From the NCBI GenBank assembly GCA_964653555.1, contig CAZZFT010000005.1, positions 12,729 through 76,728 of the forward strand: 64,000 nucleotides of DNA, in the 5' to 3' direction. A program made the position numbers and the translations under genes. The DNA is from an uncultured Spirochaetales bacterium. GTDB lineage: Bacteria > Myxococcota_A > UBA9160 > SMWR01. The notes under the pieces are model-generated. The model made no database searches, was not told the origin of the DNA, and saw nothing but the letters and a program-made list of their open reading frames with translations. This document shows positions 56,182 through 64,000 of the stretch, piece after piece (position 1 is the stretch's first letter; every line of letters starts with the position of its first letter).

Positions 56182-56826
56182 TCAGCTGCTCCGCCGCGCG
56201 TACTCGAAGAAGTGGAATGCGCGGCCCAGCGCGCGCCACTCGAGCTCGTAGGCAGTGGCCGTGCGCCCCTCCACCCGCGGGCGCCAGCGGTCCGGCGCGT
56301 AGCGGTTCTCGAGCTCAGGCGCGGCCGCGAGGCGCTCGTCGATCCACTCGGCGTAGTCGGGGTGGTCGGTGGCGATCCGCAGCAGGCCCCCGGGCACGAG
56401 CCGTCGGGCGATCCGGGCGAGCGTGTCGGCTTGGACGAAGCGGCGGCGATGGTGGCGCTTCTTGGGCCAGGGATCGGGAAAGTTCAGCCAGAAGCAGGCG
56501 ACCGTTGCATCGCCGAGCGCCTCCTCGATCACCGCCTCGGCTCGCCCTTCGAGCAGGGCCACGTTGGCGATCTCCCGGCGCGCGAGCCGGCGCGCCATCT
56601 TCAGCGTCCGCTTGTAGGAGAGCTCGATCCCGACGAAGGCCTGCTCGGGCTCGCTCGTCGCGAGATCGAGCAGGAACTCGCCTCGACCGAAGCCGACCTC
56701 CACCACCAGCGGCAGGACGGTCGGTGCGCGCCCGGCGAAGATCTTCTCGAAGCCCAGCTCGCGCACCTCGTCGAGCGACACGCGCCTGTCGATGCCGGGG
56801 ATGTCCGTCTTCAGCGTCCGCGTCAC
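56182..56826 (-). CDS. trmB: tRNA (guanine46-N7)-methyltransferase
   Basis: Motifs are VVEVGFGRGEFLL, FVGIE and NFPDPWPKKRHHRRR. The GTG start forms a GTGA overlap with the sppA stop. Confidence 0.9.
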   Translation of the reverse strand: MTRTLKTDIPGIDRRVSLDEVRELGFEKIFAGRAPTVLPLVVEVGFGRGEFLLDLATSEPEQAFVGIELSYKRTLKMARRLARREIANVALLEGRAEAVIEEALGDATVACFWLNFPDPWPKKRHHRRRFVQADTLARIARRLVPGGLLRIATDHPDYAEWIDERLAAAPELENRYAPDRWRPRVEGRTATAYELEWRALGRAFHFFEYARRSS

Positions 56827-58421
56827 GGGGAGAGCCAGCGGGAGAGCGCGCGCAGCGCGGCGAAGCGCGGCAGGCGCGGGTGCAGGTCCAGGACCACGGG
56901 CTCGGTCGCGCGCAGCCCGGCCCGCTGGCGCACCTCCCGCAGGGCCTCGAGCGGACCCCCGAGTGCGTCGACGAGTCCGTGAGCCAGGGCGCGGCGGCCG
57001 GTGAAGACGCGCCCTTCTGCGACCCGCTCCACCGCGTCGACGGCGAGGCCGCGGCCCTCGGCGACGCGCGCCAGGAACGTGGCGTAGAGCTCGCGCATTT
57101 CGCCGCCCACCGCCTCGCGCTCCGCGGCGGTGAAGCCGCGCGCCGAGCTGTGCAGCCCGGCGCGGTCGCCCACCTCGACCGCATCGACACCGACTCCGAG
57201 CCGCCGGTAGAGACCCGAGAGATCCAGCTTGCCTCCGATCACGCCGATCGAGCCGGTGATCGTGGCGGCTTCCGCGAGCACGCGATCGGCCGCGCTCGCC
57301 AGGTAGTAGCCGCCCGAGGCGGCCACCTCCGCCAGCGAGGCGATCACGGGCTTCTCGCGGCGCAGCACGCGAACTGCCCGCCACAACAGGTCCGAAGCCA
57401 GCGCGTCGCCACCGGGGCTGTCGATGCGCAGCACGACCCCACGCACGCGGCGGTCCTCGGCGATGCGACCGAGGCGCTCCTCGAACACGCGGGAGGCGAT
57501 TCCGCGGCCGCCGCGCCCGCGCCCGATCGCGCCGCTCGCGAACACGTAGGCGATGCGCGGCGGACCCGCGATCCACGCGCGCGCACCGCCGGCGTCGCGC
57601 GCGCTGGCGAGCACGCGCGCGTCCACGCACTCGGCAGCGAACGGCAGCGCGGACTCGCGCGCCGCCTCCCGCTCGAGGCGCTCCTCGAGCACGTCCCGGT
57701 AGACGAGGTCGTCCACCAGCCCCGCCTCACGCGCAGCGGGCGCGCCGAAGAGTCCGCGGTCGATCCGCTCGCGTACCGCGGTCGGGTCGAGGCCGCGTCC
57801 CGCCGCGATGCCCTCGACCAGCACGTCGAAGGTGTCTCCCAGGATCGCCTCGAGCTGCTCGCGCTGGGCGTCGGACATGCGGTCGTTGGTCAGCATCTCG
57901 GCGGCGCTCTTGTGGGTGCCGACCCGGACTACTTCCGGCTTCACGTCGATCCGCGCCAGCAGATCGCGCAGGTAGAAGCCGTCGGCGCGCAGGCCCAGCG
58001 CGACGACGCGGCCCGTCTCCGGGATCCACAGTCGGTCGGCGGACGACGCCACGTACAGCGATTCGAGATCGAGGCTCTCGGCCCAGGCGACGACCCGCTT
58101 GCCCCGGGCGCGCACCGCGTCGAGGGCGCGTCGCAGGGTGAGCGCCTTCGCGAGCCCACCGGGCGGTCCGCCCACGCGCAGCGCGAGCCCCGGAACCCGG
58201 GGGTCCTCGGCGACGGCCTCGAGCGCCTCGAGCAGACCGAGCAGCGAGGTGATTCCGTCGCGCCCCCAATGGCGCAGCGGCACGTCCACCACCGGCGAGG
58301 GCAGCTCGAGCGTGGCCCAGAAGCGCTCGGCGCGCGGAAGAGAGCGGCGCGCCAGGCCGCGGCGCACCCAGCGCGCCAGACCCGAGCCGACGCGGCGGAC
58401 CGTTTCGCGCGGCGGGTCCAT
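56823..58421 (-). CDS. sppA: Signal peptide peptidase SppA (two-domain, 67K/protease IV type)
   Basis: This is a tandem ClpP/crotonase-like S49 domain protein, with VVLRIDSPGGDALASD, ASLAEVAASGGYYLA (Ser), TGSIGV and GRVFTGRRALAHGLVD. The ATG at 58421 shares 1 nt with the upstream stop. Confidence 0.88.
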   Translation of the reverse strand: MDPPRETVRRVGSGLARWVRRGLARRSLPRAERFWATLELPSPVVDVPLRHWGRDGITSLLGLLEALEAVAEDPRVPGLALRVGGPPGGLAKALTLRRALDAVRARGKRVVAWAESLDLESLYVASSADRLWIPETGRVVALGLRADGFYLRDLLARIDVKPEVVRVGTHKSAAEMLTNDRMSDAQREQLEAILGDTFDVLVEGIAAGRGLDPTAVRERIDRGLFGAPAAREAGLVDDLVYRDVLEERLEREAARESALPFAAECVDARVLASARDAGGARAWIAGPPRIAYVFASGAIGRGRGGRGIASRVFEERLGRIAEDRRVRGVVLRIDSPGGDALASDLLWRAVRVLRREKPVIASLAEVAASGGYYLASAADRVLAEAATITGSIGVIGGKLDLSGLYRRLGVGVDAVEVGDRAGLHSSARGFTAAEREAVGGEMRELYATFLARVAEGRGLAVDAVERVAEGRVFTGRRALAHGLVDALGGPLEALREVRQRAGLRATEPVVLDLHPRLPRFAALRALSRWLSP

Positions 58422-59920
58422 CAACGCCGGCGCCGGCTCCCGCGCAGGTAGTCCACCATCAGGAACGAGCCCAGCGCCTCGGGGCTGGTGAAGAAGGCCC
58501 GGCCCCGGTTCACCTGAGTCATCCGCTCCACGAAGCCGACCAGCTCGGGCGCGTCGTCGAGCATGAACGTATTGATGGTCACTCCGCGGCGCGTGATGCG
58601 GCGCACCTGTTTCATCGTCTCCGCGACCGCATGGGGCGACACTCCGCCGAAGCCCATCGGCCACTCGACGTGCAGCTCGCGGCCGAGGTGATAGGCCGTG
58701 GGCTGGCCGTCGGTGACGACCAGCACCTGGGGGCTCGCCGACGGATGCTTCGCGATCAGACGCTCGGCGATCACCAGTCCCTCCTGGAGATTCGTGAAGG
58801 GATCGCCCATGTCCCAGCTCACCTCGGGCAGCTCCGTCGGGTGCAGCTCGCGGGCGCGCGTGGAGAAGCCGACGACGAAGAAGCGGTCGCGCGGGAACCG
58901 GGTGCGGACGAGGTGATCGAGCGCCAGGGCCACGCGCTTCGCCGCCGGGAAGCGTCCCGCCCAGGACATCGACCAGCTCATGTCGAGCAGCAGCACCGTG
59001 GTGGCCTGGGTCTGGTAGTCGCGCTCGCGCAGCGCGAAGTCCTCCACGGAGAGCGGCAGCGGGAGCGGTACCGGCCGACCCGGCGCGGCGCGCGCGTTGC
59101 GCTTGACGGCCTCGATCAGGGTCCGCACGACGTCGAGGTCGAGCGGATCACCGAACTCGAAGGGCTTGGTCTCGTCGGGCCGCGGCAGGGCCGCTCCCCG
59201 CGCGTCGGATTCGTGGGCTCCCGGTCGGTCCTTGCGCAGGCTCGCGTAGACCAGCGCAAGCGCCTGGGCGCCGATCCGCCGGATCGCGCGCGGCGTGAGC
59301 TGGGGATCGTCGCCGCGCAGATAGCCGGCGCGCTCGAGCGTGGACTCGAGGTCGCGAATCCACACGAACGACTGCGCCGCGTCCTCGCCCAGCAGCTCCC
59401 CGAGCTGCTCGGCGGAGATCCGGGTCAGGTTGCCCTCGGCGAGATCGCGGCCGAGCTGCTCGAGGCGGCGCAGTCGCTCGAGTGCGTCGCGGAGCTCGCG
59501 GTAGGCACGCGCCGCCTCGGCGTCCTCGAACCGGTAGTCGCCGAAGCGCTCGACGGCCTCCGCGAGATCGCGTCCGCCCGCGTGGCGCCGCTCGAGGAAG
59601 TCGTTCATGCGCGTCGACTCGAAGCCGGAGCTCTCGCGCAGCCGCTCCTGCTCGCGGTCGAGCAGCTCCTCCAGTCGCCGGGCGAGCTCGTCCCCCGCCC
59701 GGCGGATCTCCTCGCGTACTTCGCGGAGCAGCTCCTCGAGGCCCATCACGCGCATGTCGAGACCGGCGAGCGGGAACCCGTGCTGGCGCATCCATTCGAG
59801 GGCGTCCCGCGCGTCGAGCCCCTCCATCAGCAGGTCGGAGAGAGCATCCAGGGCGCGCTCCGCGTCGAGTCGGAACTCCTGCAGCGACCCGTCCCAGCGG
59901 CTGTAGACGTGGGACTTCAC
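58421..59920 (-). CDS. von Willebrand factor A (VWA) domain protein, partner of the upstream AAA+ ATPase
   Basis: The start is a GTG (GTGA overlap at 59917-59920). A helical N-terminal half is followed by a C-terminal VWA domain with the MIDAS motif LLLDMSWSMS...VVTDGQPT. Confidence 0.85.
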   Translation of the reverse strand: MKSHVYSRWDGSLQEFRLDAERALDALSDLLMEGLDARDALEWMRQHGFPLAGLDMRVMGLEELLREVREEIRRAGDELARRLEELLDREQERLRESSGFESTRMNDFLERRHAGGRDLAEAVERFGDYRFEDAEAARAYRELRDALERLRRLEQLGRDLAEGNLTRISAEQLGELLGEDAAQSFVWIRDLESTLERAGYLRGDDPQLTPRAIRRIGAQALALVYASLRKDRPGAHESDARGAALPRPDETKPFEFGDPLDLDVVRTLIEAVKRNARAAPGRPVPLPLPLSVEDFALRERDYQTQATTVLLLDMSWSMSWAGRFPAAKRVALALDHLVRTRFPRDRFFVVGFSTRARELHPTELPEVSWDMGDPFTNLQEGLVIAERLIAKHPSASPQVLVVTDGQPTAYHLGRELHVEWPMGFGGVSPHAVAETMKQVRRITRRGVTINTFMLDDAPELVGFVERMTQVNRGRAFFTSPEALGSFLMVDYLRGSRRRR

Positions 59921-61329
59921 GAACGCGCGTAGCGGGCGCCGGCCTCGCGCTCGGTCTTGTTCAGACGGTTCGCGAGGTGGAGGCCTTCCAGGAGGAACTC
60001 GATCGCCGACGCGACGAGCGCCGGCTCGTCGTCGCCGGCGAGTGCCACGGCCGCCTCGCGGAGCGGGGCGATCTGATCGAGACCCGTCAGGTATTCCCGC
60101 GAGGGCATGCTGGGAGACACCTCCACCTTCCAGCCCTGGTCGAAGGCCTCGACCACCGGGCCGAGCGCGTCGGGCCCGAGATGGTGGTCGAAGACCACCT
60201 TGCAGGCCCGGCGCCGCAGCTCGCGCACGACGTCCGCCTCGCTGCGATCGCCGCCGGCGAACTCGAGTTCGATCTTGCCGAGGGTCGAGGTCTCGAGGGC
60301 GTCGAGATCGCTGATGCGCGGCACTGCAACCGGCTCGCCCACGCGCAGGGCCCGCCGCAGGGCGTTGGCGGCCAGCGTCTCGTAGTTGGCGATCGACATG
60401 CGCACCGACACACCCGAGGCCTGGTTCACGTCCGGGCTGGAGCGCGCCTGGAACGTCAGCTCCGCGACCACCTCCTCCATGAAGGGCGGGATCCGGATCA
60501 CCACCTCGGGCGCCTCGGGAAGCGTCGCCTCCTGGCGGACGATGGCGAGTTCGAGGGCCGGAGTCGGCGGGTAGTGGGTGCGGACCTGGGCGGCGTAGCG
60601 GTCCTTGAGCGGGGTGATGATGCGCCCGCGGCTCGTGTAGTCCTCCGGGTTGGCGCTGGCCACGACGAACACGTCGATCGGCAGGCGGATCCGGTAGCCC
60701 TTCACCTGCACGTCGCGCTCTTCCATCACGTTGAACAGGCCGACCTGCACCTTCTCGGTGAGATCTGGCAGCTCGTTGATGCAGAAGATCCCCCGATGGG
60801 TGCGGGGCACCAGCCCGAAGTGCATCGTCTCCTCGTCGGCGAGGGAACGGCCCTGGGCGACCTTCACCGGATCGACGTCGCCGATCAGGTCGGCGATCGA
60901 GACGTCGGGTGTGGCCAGCTTCTCGACGTAGCGGTCGTCGCGGTGCAGCCAGTCGACGGGGGTCGCGTCCCCGTGCTCGGCGACGAGCGCGCGCCCGCGC
61001 GCCGAGACGGGCGCCGTCGGATCGTCGGGGATCTCGGTGCCCGCAATGACGGGAACCCACTCGTCGAGCAGCCCCGTGAGCTGCCGGATCATCCGCGTCT
61101 TCGCCTGCCCCCGCTCGCCGAGGAAGATCAGGTCGTGACCGCAGAGCAACGCGTTCTCGACCGCCGGCACCACCGTGTCGTCGTAGCCGAGCACACCCTC
61201 GAAGACCGAGGCTCCCTTGCGCAGGCGCTCGAGCAGATTCACCCGGATCTCCTCGCGCACCGGGCGCGCGGCGTAGCCGGCGGCGAGCAGCGCTCCGAGC
61301 GTGGTCGGCTTCGGCGGGACGAGGGGCAT
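59917..61329 (-). CDS. AAA+ ATPase of the ChlI/BchI-MoxR (Mg-chelatase-like) type
   Basis: From ATG 61329 the motifs are Walker A LGERGQAKT, Walker B IFCINELPD and sensor VVASANPED...GRIITPLKDR. Confidence 0.88.
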   Translation of the reverse strand: MPLVPPKPTTLGALLAAGYAARPVREEIRVNLLERLRKGASVFEGVLGYDDTVVPAVENALLCGHDLIFLGERGQAKTRMIRQLTGLLDEWVPVIAGTEIPDDPTAPVSARGRALVAEHGDATPVDWLHRDDRYVEKLATPDVSIADLIGDVDPVKVAQGRSLADEETMHFGLVPRTHRGIFCINELPDLTEKVQVGLFNVMEERDVQVKGYRIRLPIDVFVVASANPEDYTSRGRIITPLKDRYAAQVRTHYPPTPALELAIVRQEATLPEAPEVVIRIPPFMEEVVAELTFQARSSPDVNQASGVSVRMSIANYETLAANALRRALRVGEPVAVPRISDLDALETSTLGKIELEFAGGDRSEADVVRELRRRACKVVFDHHLGPDALGPVVEAFDQGWKVEVSPSMPSREYLTGLDQIAPLREAAVALAGDDEPALVASAIEFLLEGLHLANRLNKTEREAGARYARS

Positions 61330-61385
61330 CCGGTTCTCCTGCGCGCGTTCGGACCCCACTATACAGCGGAGCCGCGATCGCAGGG

Positions 61386-62204
61386 TCAGCGGCGTCGGCG
61401 CGTCAGCAGCTGGATGCGGCGTTGGATGATCTGGAGCTTGCCGTCGTCGCGGACGATCAGGTCCGGCGGGAGCTCGGTGCGATCGATCAGCTCCGACGTG
61501 TGCTCGATCCGGTTGTCGGTCGTCGGGTGACTGGAGAGGAACTCCGGCATCGCGTCGGCGTCCTGGGCGGCGAGCGTCTCGAAGAAGCTCACGAGTCCTC
61601 GCGGGTCGTAGCCGGCGCGCGGCAGCACCTCGACCGCGAACGCGTCGGCCTCGGCCTCGGCTTCCCGCGTGAACCGGTTGACGAAGGCCACGGCCGCGAG
61701 CTCGCCCACCATCTGCCCCCCGGCGGCGGCGTTCCCGCCCACGAAGACCGCGGCCGCGATCGAGGCGACCTGGTACAGGATGCCGGTGTTGCGCTGCATG
61801 TTGTAGTTGCGCGCCACGTGGCGGCGCACCACGTGCCCGACCTCGTGGGCGATCACGCCCGCCAGCTCGCTCACGTTCGCGGCCTCGAGGATGATGCCGG
61901 TGTGCACGTAGACGTGACCGGCGGGCAGTGCGAAGGCGTTGAGGCTGTCGTCCTCGACGACGTCGAATCGGAACTGGTACGGCTGGGGACCGGAGGCCGC
62001 CACGATCTCCGCGCCGATCGCCTCCACGTAGTCCACGACGTAGGGGTCCGTGACGAAGTCGAGCTCGCGGCGGAGGTCGCGCGCCTCCTGGGCGCCGATC
62101 TCCTCCTCCCGGGAGACGCTCAGCGTTCCGCATCCGGTCAGGGCGGCGACCAGCGCGGCCCCGAGCAACAGGGCCTTCGAGAGCCGGAAGAGCCTGCGTT
62201 CCAC
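61386..62204 (-). CDS. M48-family Zn metalloprotease lipoprotein (BepA/YfgC-like, no TPR domain)
   Basis: The lipobox is LLLGAALVAALTGC. Motifs are NAFALPAGHVYVHTG, the zinc site AHEVGHVVRRH, and EAEAD. The start (GTG 62204) is uncertain because GGAGG is too close to it. Confidence 0.85.
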   Translation of the reverse strand: MERRLFRLSKALLLGAALVAALTGCGTLSVSREEEIGAQEARDLRRELDFVTDPYVVDYVEAIGAEIVAASGPQPYQFRFDVVEDDSLNAFALPAGHVYVHTGIILEAANVSELAGVIAHEVGHVVRRHVARNYNMQRNTGILYQVASIAAAVFVGGNAAAGGQMVGELAAVAFVNRFTREAEAEADAFAVEVLPRAGYDPRGLVSFFETLAAQDADAMPEFLSSHPTTDNRIEHTSELIDRTELPPDLIVRDDGKLQIIQRRIQLLTRRRR

Positions 62205-62236
62205 ACCTCCGGTATCGGCGCCCCGGAGGCGGGCCT

Positions 62237-63454
62237 TCACAGCAGGGCGGCCGGATCGTAGCCGGGACGCCGTGAGAGCGTCTCCGTCAGGTGCCGGATC
62301 ACCAGCAGTACCGCCGTCTCGAAGCGGTCGTTGACGACGATCGGGATCCGCAACCGCTCGGCCGCCTCGAGGAACTGGTCCTGGATGCGCAGGATCGCGT
62401 CGAGGTTGTCGAGGTACTGATGTGCGGGTCGCAGGCGGGCGCCGTCCGCGCGCGTCGCGAAGCGCCCCGCGTAGGACTCGCGATCGAGGACGGCGACCAC
62501 CAGGAAGATCAGGTCGGCGCGTTCGGAGTAGGCCTCGAGGTCGAGCACGCCCGGGAAGAGCGAGACTCCGTCGATCACGGTGCTCGCGTTCTCCTCGATC
62601 GCGCGCTCGATCGACGCGCGCACCCCGACGCCCACGGTCGCGGTCTGGGCGCGAAAGCTCTCCAAGAGCGGGTCGGCGCCCAGCACCCCGGGCGGGTAGT
62701 GGGTGTAGGCGTCGAAGGAAGAGCCGTGGATCGCCGGCGCGAGCTGCGGCGAGAGCATCAGGCGCATGATCTGTCGGATCGAGTCCGTGGACAGGACCCG
62801 GCCGATGCCGAGGCGATGCGCGGCCTCGAGGGCGATCGCCGTCTTGCCGACGCCCGCGGCGCCCCCGAGCAGCAGGAGCACCGGGCGCCGCGGGTCCTCG
62901 TAGTGCCGCCAGACCAGGTAGCGCTCCGCCGCCTTGGGCCCGACCCCGCGCGCGATCGTGTCGTAGGCGATCCGGCGCAGGTCGCGGCGGTCGATCACGG
63001 ACAGGCCGCGCCGGCGCAGCTCGCGCTCGATGTCGCGCGCCGACTCGAAGGCGTCGTTGGGGTCGAGGGCCGCCGCCAGCAGCGACTGGGAGAGCACCCC
63101 CTTCGAGAAGGGCTGCTCGCGCCCCTTGCCCCGCACCAGGATCTCGGGCGCCGGCTCCCGCGGCGGCTCGACCTCGAAGATGGCGGGATCGATCAGCTCG
63201 TGGAGCACCTCCACGATCGCCGCCTTGTCCACCACCCCCCGCGGGCGCAGGCGGTCGCGGACGGCGTTCGCGGCGGCGTTGGCCTCCTCGAAGGGCACGC
63301 CGCGCGCGATCAGCGAGTGGATCATGATCCCGCGCATGAAAGGCCGGCGGACCCCACCATCCTCCACCCACAGCCGCCGCTCTTCGGACTCGGCCGGGGC
63401 CGGCGCGGTGGGAGGGCTCGAATCGGGTCGTTCGCCTCGCTTGGGATCGGTCAT
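62237..63454 (-). CDS. 2-phosphoglycerate kinase-like protein (ATP-cone plus P-loop kinase)
   Basis: From ATG 63454 there is an ATP-cone-like N-terminus (RPFMRGIMIHSLIARGVPFEEANAAANAVRDRL), then the P-loop LLLGGAAGVGKTAIA and STDSIRQIMR. These are typical of archaeal/bacterial 2PGK homologues. Confidence 0.8.
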   Translation of the reverse strand: MTDPKRGERPDSSPPTAPAPAESEERRLWVEDGGVRRPFMRGIMIHSLIARGVPFEEANAAANAVRDRLRPRGVVDKAAIVEVLHELIDPAIFEVEPPREPAPEILVRGKGREQPFSKGVLSQSLLAAALDPNDAFESARDIERELRRRGLSVIDRRDLRRIAYDTIARGVGPKAAERYLVWRHYEDPRRPVLLLLGGAAGVGKTAIALEAAHRLGIGRVLSTDSIRQIMRLMLSPQLAPAIHGSSFDAYTHYPPGVLGADPLLESFRAQTATVGVGVRASIERAIEENASTVIDGVSLFPGVLDLEAYSERADLIFLVVAVLDRESYAGRFATRADGARLRPAHQYLDNLDAILRIQDQFLEAAERLRIPIVVNDRFETAVLLVIRHLTETLSRRPGYDPAALL

Positions 63455-63613
63455 GCGGCCTCGCACGCTACTCCAGCGCACCCGGACCTTCATCCGTGCT
63501 TCGCGGAGTCTTCGCCCTGGAAAACGACAATTCACCCCGCGGATTGGCTTGACTCGACCGGGCGGTCGGGTCTACGTTCCGCTCGTCCTGTGGAGGGGGG
63601 GTCGGCCACGGAC

Positions 63614-64000
63614 ATGCGAGCTGCCCGCGAACTGTATTCCGTGGGTGACGTCGTGAAGATCATCGGGGTCTCGCGCCGTCAGCTCCAGTACTGGGACGAG
63701 ACTGATCTGGTCCGTCCCGGGTTCCGGACTCCCGGGGGCCATGCGCGTTACGCGTTCGAGGATCTGGTGGCCCTCCGGACTGCCAAACGACTGATCGATG
63801 CCGGCGTCTCGGTCCAACGGATTCGGAAATCGATCCGTGCGCTGAGAGAGTTGCTGCCTTCGGTCCAGCACCCGCTGGCCGAGGTCGTGCTGGTGGCGAC
63901 GGGCGATGTGGTGCTGGCCTTCCGGGACGGGACCGCCTTCGATGCCGTCTCGGGGCAGGAATGGATCTTCGAGATCGCGCAGCTCCAGCGCGAGATCGAG
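63614..64000 (+). CDS. MerR-family transcriptional regulator (3' end off window)
   Basis: My own translation from ATG 63614 is MRAARELYSVGDVVKIIGVSRRQLQYWDETDLVRPGFRTPGGHARYAFEDLVALRTAKRL, a MerR HTH. It is divergent from the 2PGK-like operon. Confidence 0.85.
   Translation, partial: MRAARELYSVGDVVKIIGVSRRQLQYWDETDLVRPGFRTPGGHARYAFEDLVALRTAKRLIDAGVSVQRIRKSIRALRELLPSVQHPLAEVVLVATGDVVLAFRDGTAFDAVSGQEWIFEIAQLQREIE

Noticed and set aside
62237-63454. A link between the 2-phosphoglycerate-kinase-like gene and the F420 (cofDCE) genes as a supplier of a phospho-acid precursor.
   Set aside because: The genes are 33 kb apart, on different strands and in different operons. 2PGK homologues are widespread in genomes without F420. 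Nothing in the sequence supports the link.

Overview
This is a very GC-rich window (about 70% by eye from sampled stretches, not computed) of tightly packed bacterial chromosome from a diderm organism. The evidence for diderm status is a LolB-like lipoprotein, FtsEX-EnvC, PlsB, System I cytochrome c maturation genes and PEP-CTERM sorting signals. I cannot place the lineage more precisely without a database search. I call about 62 protein-coding genes, mostly housekeeping. They include a partial ABC ATPase, a Kdo/WaaP-type kinase and an APH-type phosphotransferase. A 9.4-kb operon runs TPR lipoprotein, LolB-like lipoprotein, five-component peptide ABC importer, PP2C phosphatase. Other groups are cysC with iscS and iscA, xseA-xseB-ispA-tlyA, ctpA with envC-ftsX-ftsE, the F420 tail-assembly genes cofD-cofC-cofE, and engB with an aminotransferase. 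A variant ccmE-ccmF-X-ccmA-ccmB cluster is also present. The remaining calls are a NUDIX hydrolase, hisG, plsB, an SDR, a GNAT, ffh, an MltD-like lytic transglycosylase, rlmN, a BKACE enzyme, trmB, sppA, an AAA+/VWA pair, an M48 protease, a 2-phosphoglycerate-kinase-like protein and a partial MerR regulator. I found no rRNA, tRNA, CRISPR array, transposase or integrase. All functional calls come from motifs I recognise in the supplied translations, and no database search was possible. The most unusual locus is the cytochrome c maturation cluster at 32.0-37.8 kb. Its CcmE has Cys in place of the haem-binding His (CPSKF motif). An uncharacterised 647-aa multidomain membrane protein is translationally coupled between ccmF and ccmA. 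The cluster stops after ccmB, where ccmC would be expected, and is followed by the only large non-coding stretch in the window (about 570 nt with a sigma70-like promoter) and an orphan zinc-ribbon gene. Many long ORFs in the track are antisense or out-of-frame artefacts of high GC and were not called.
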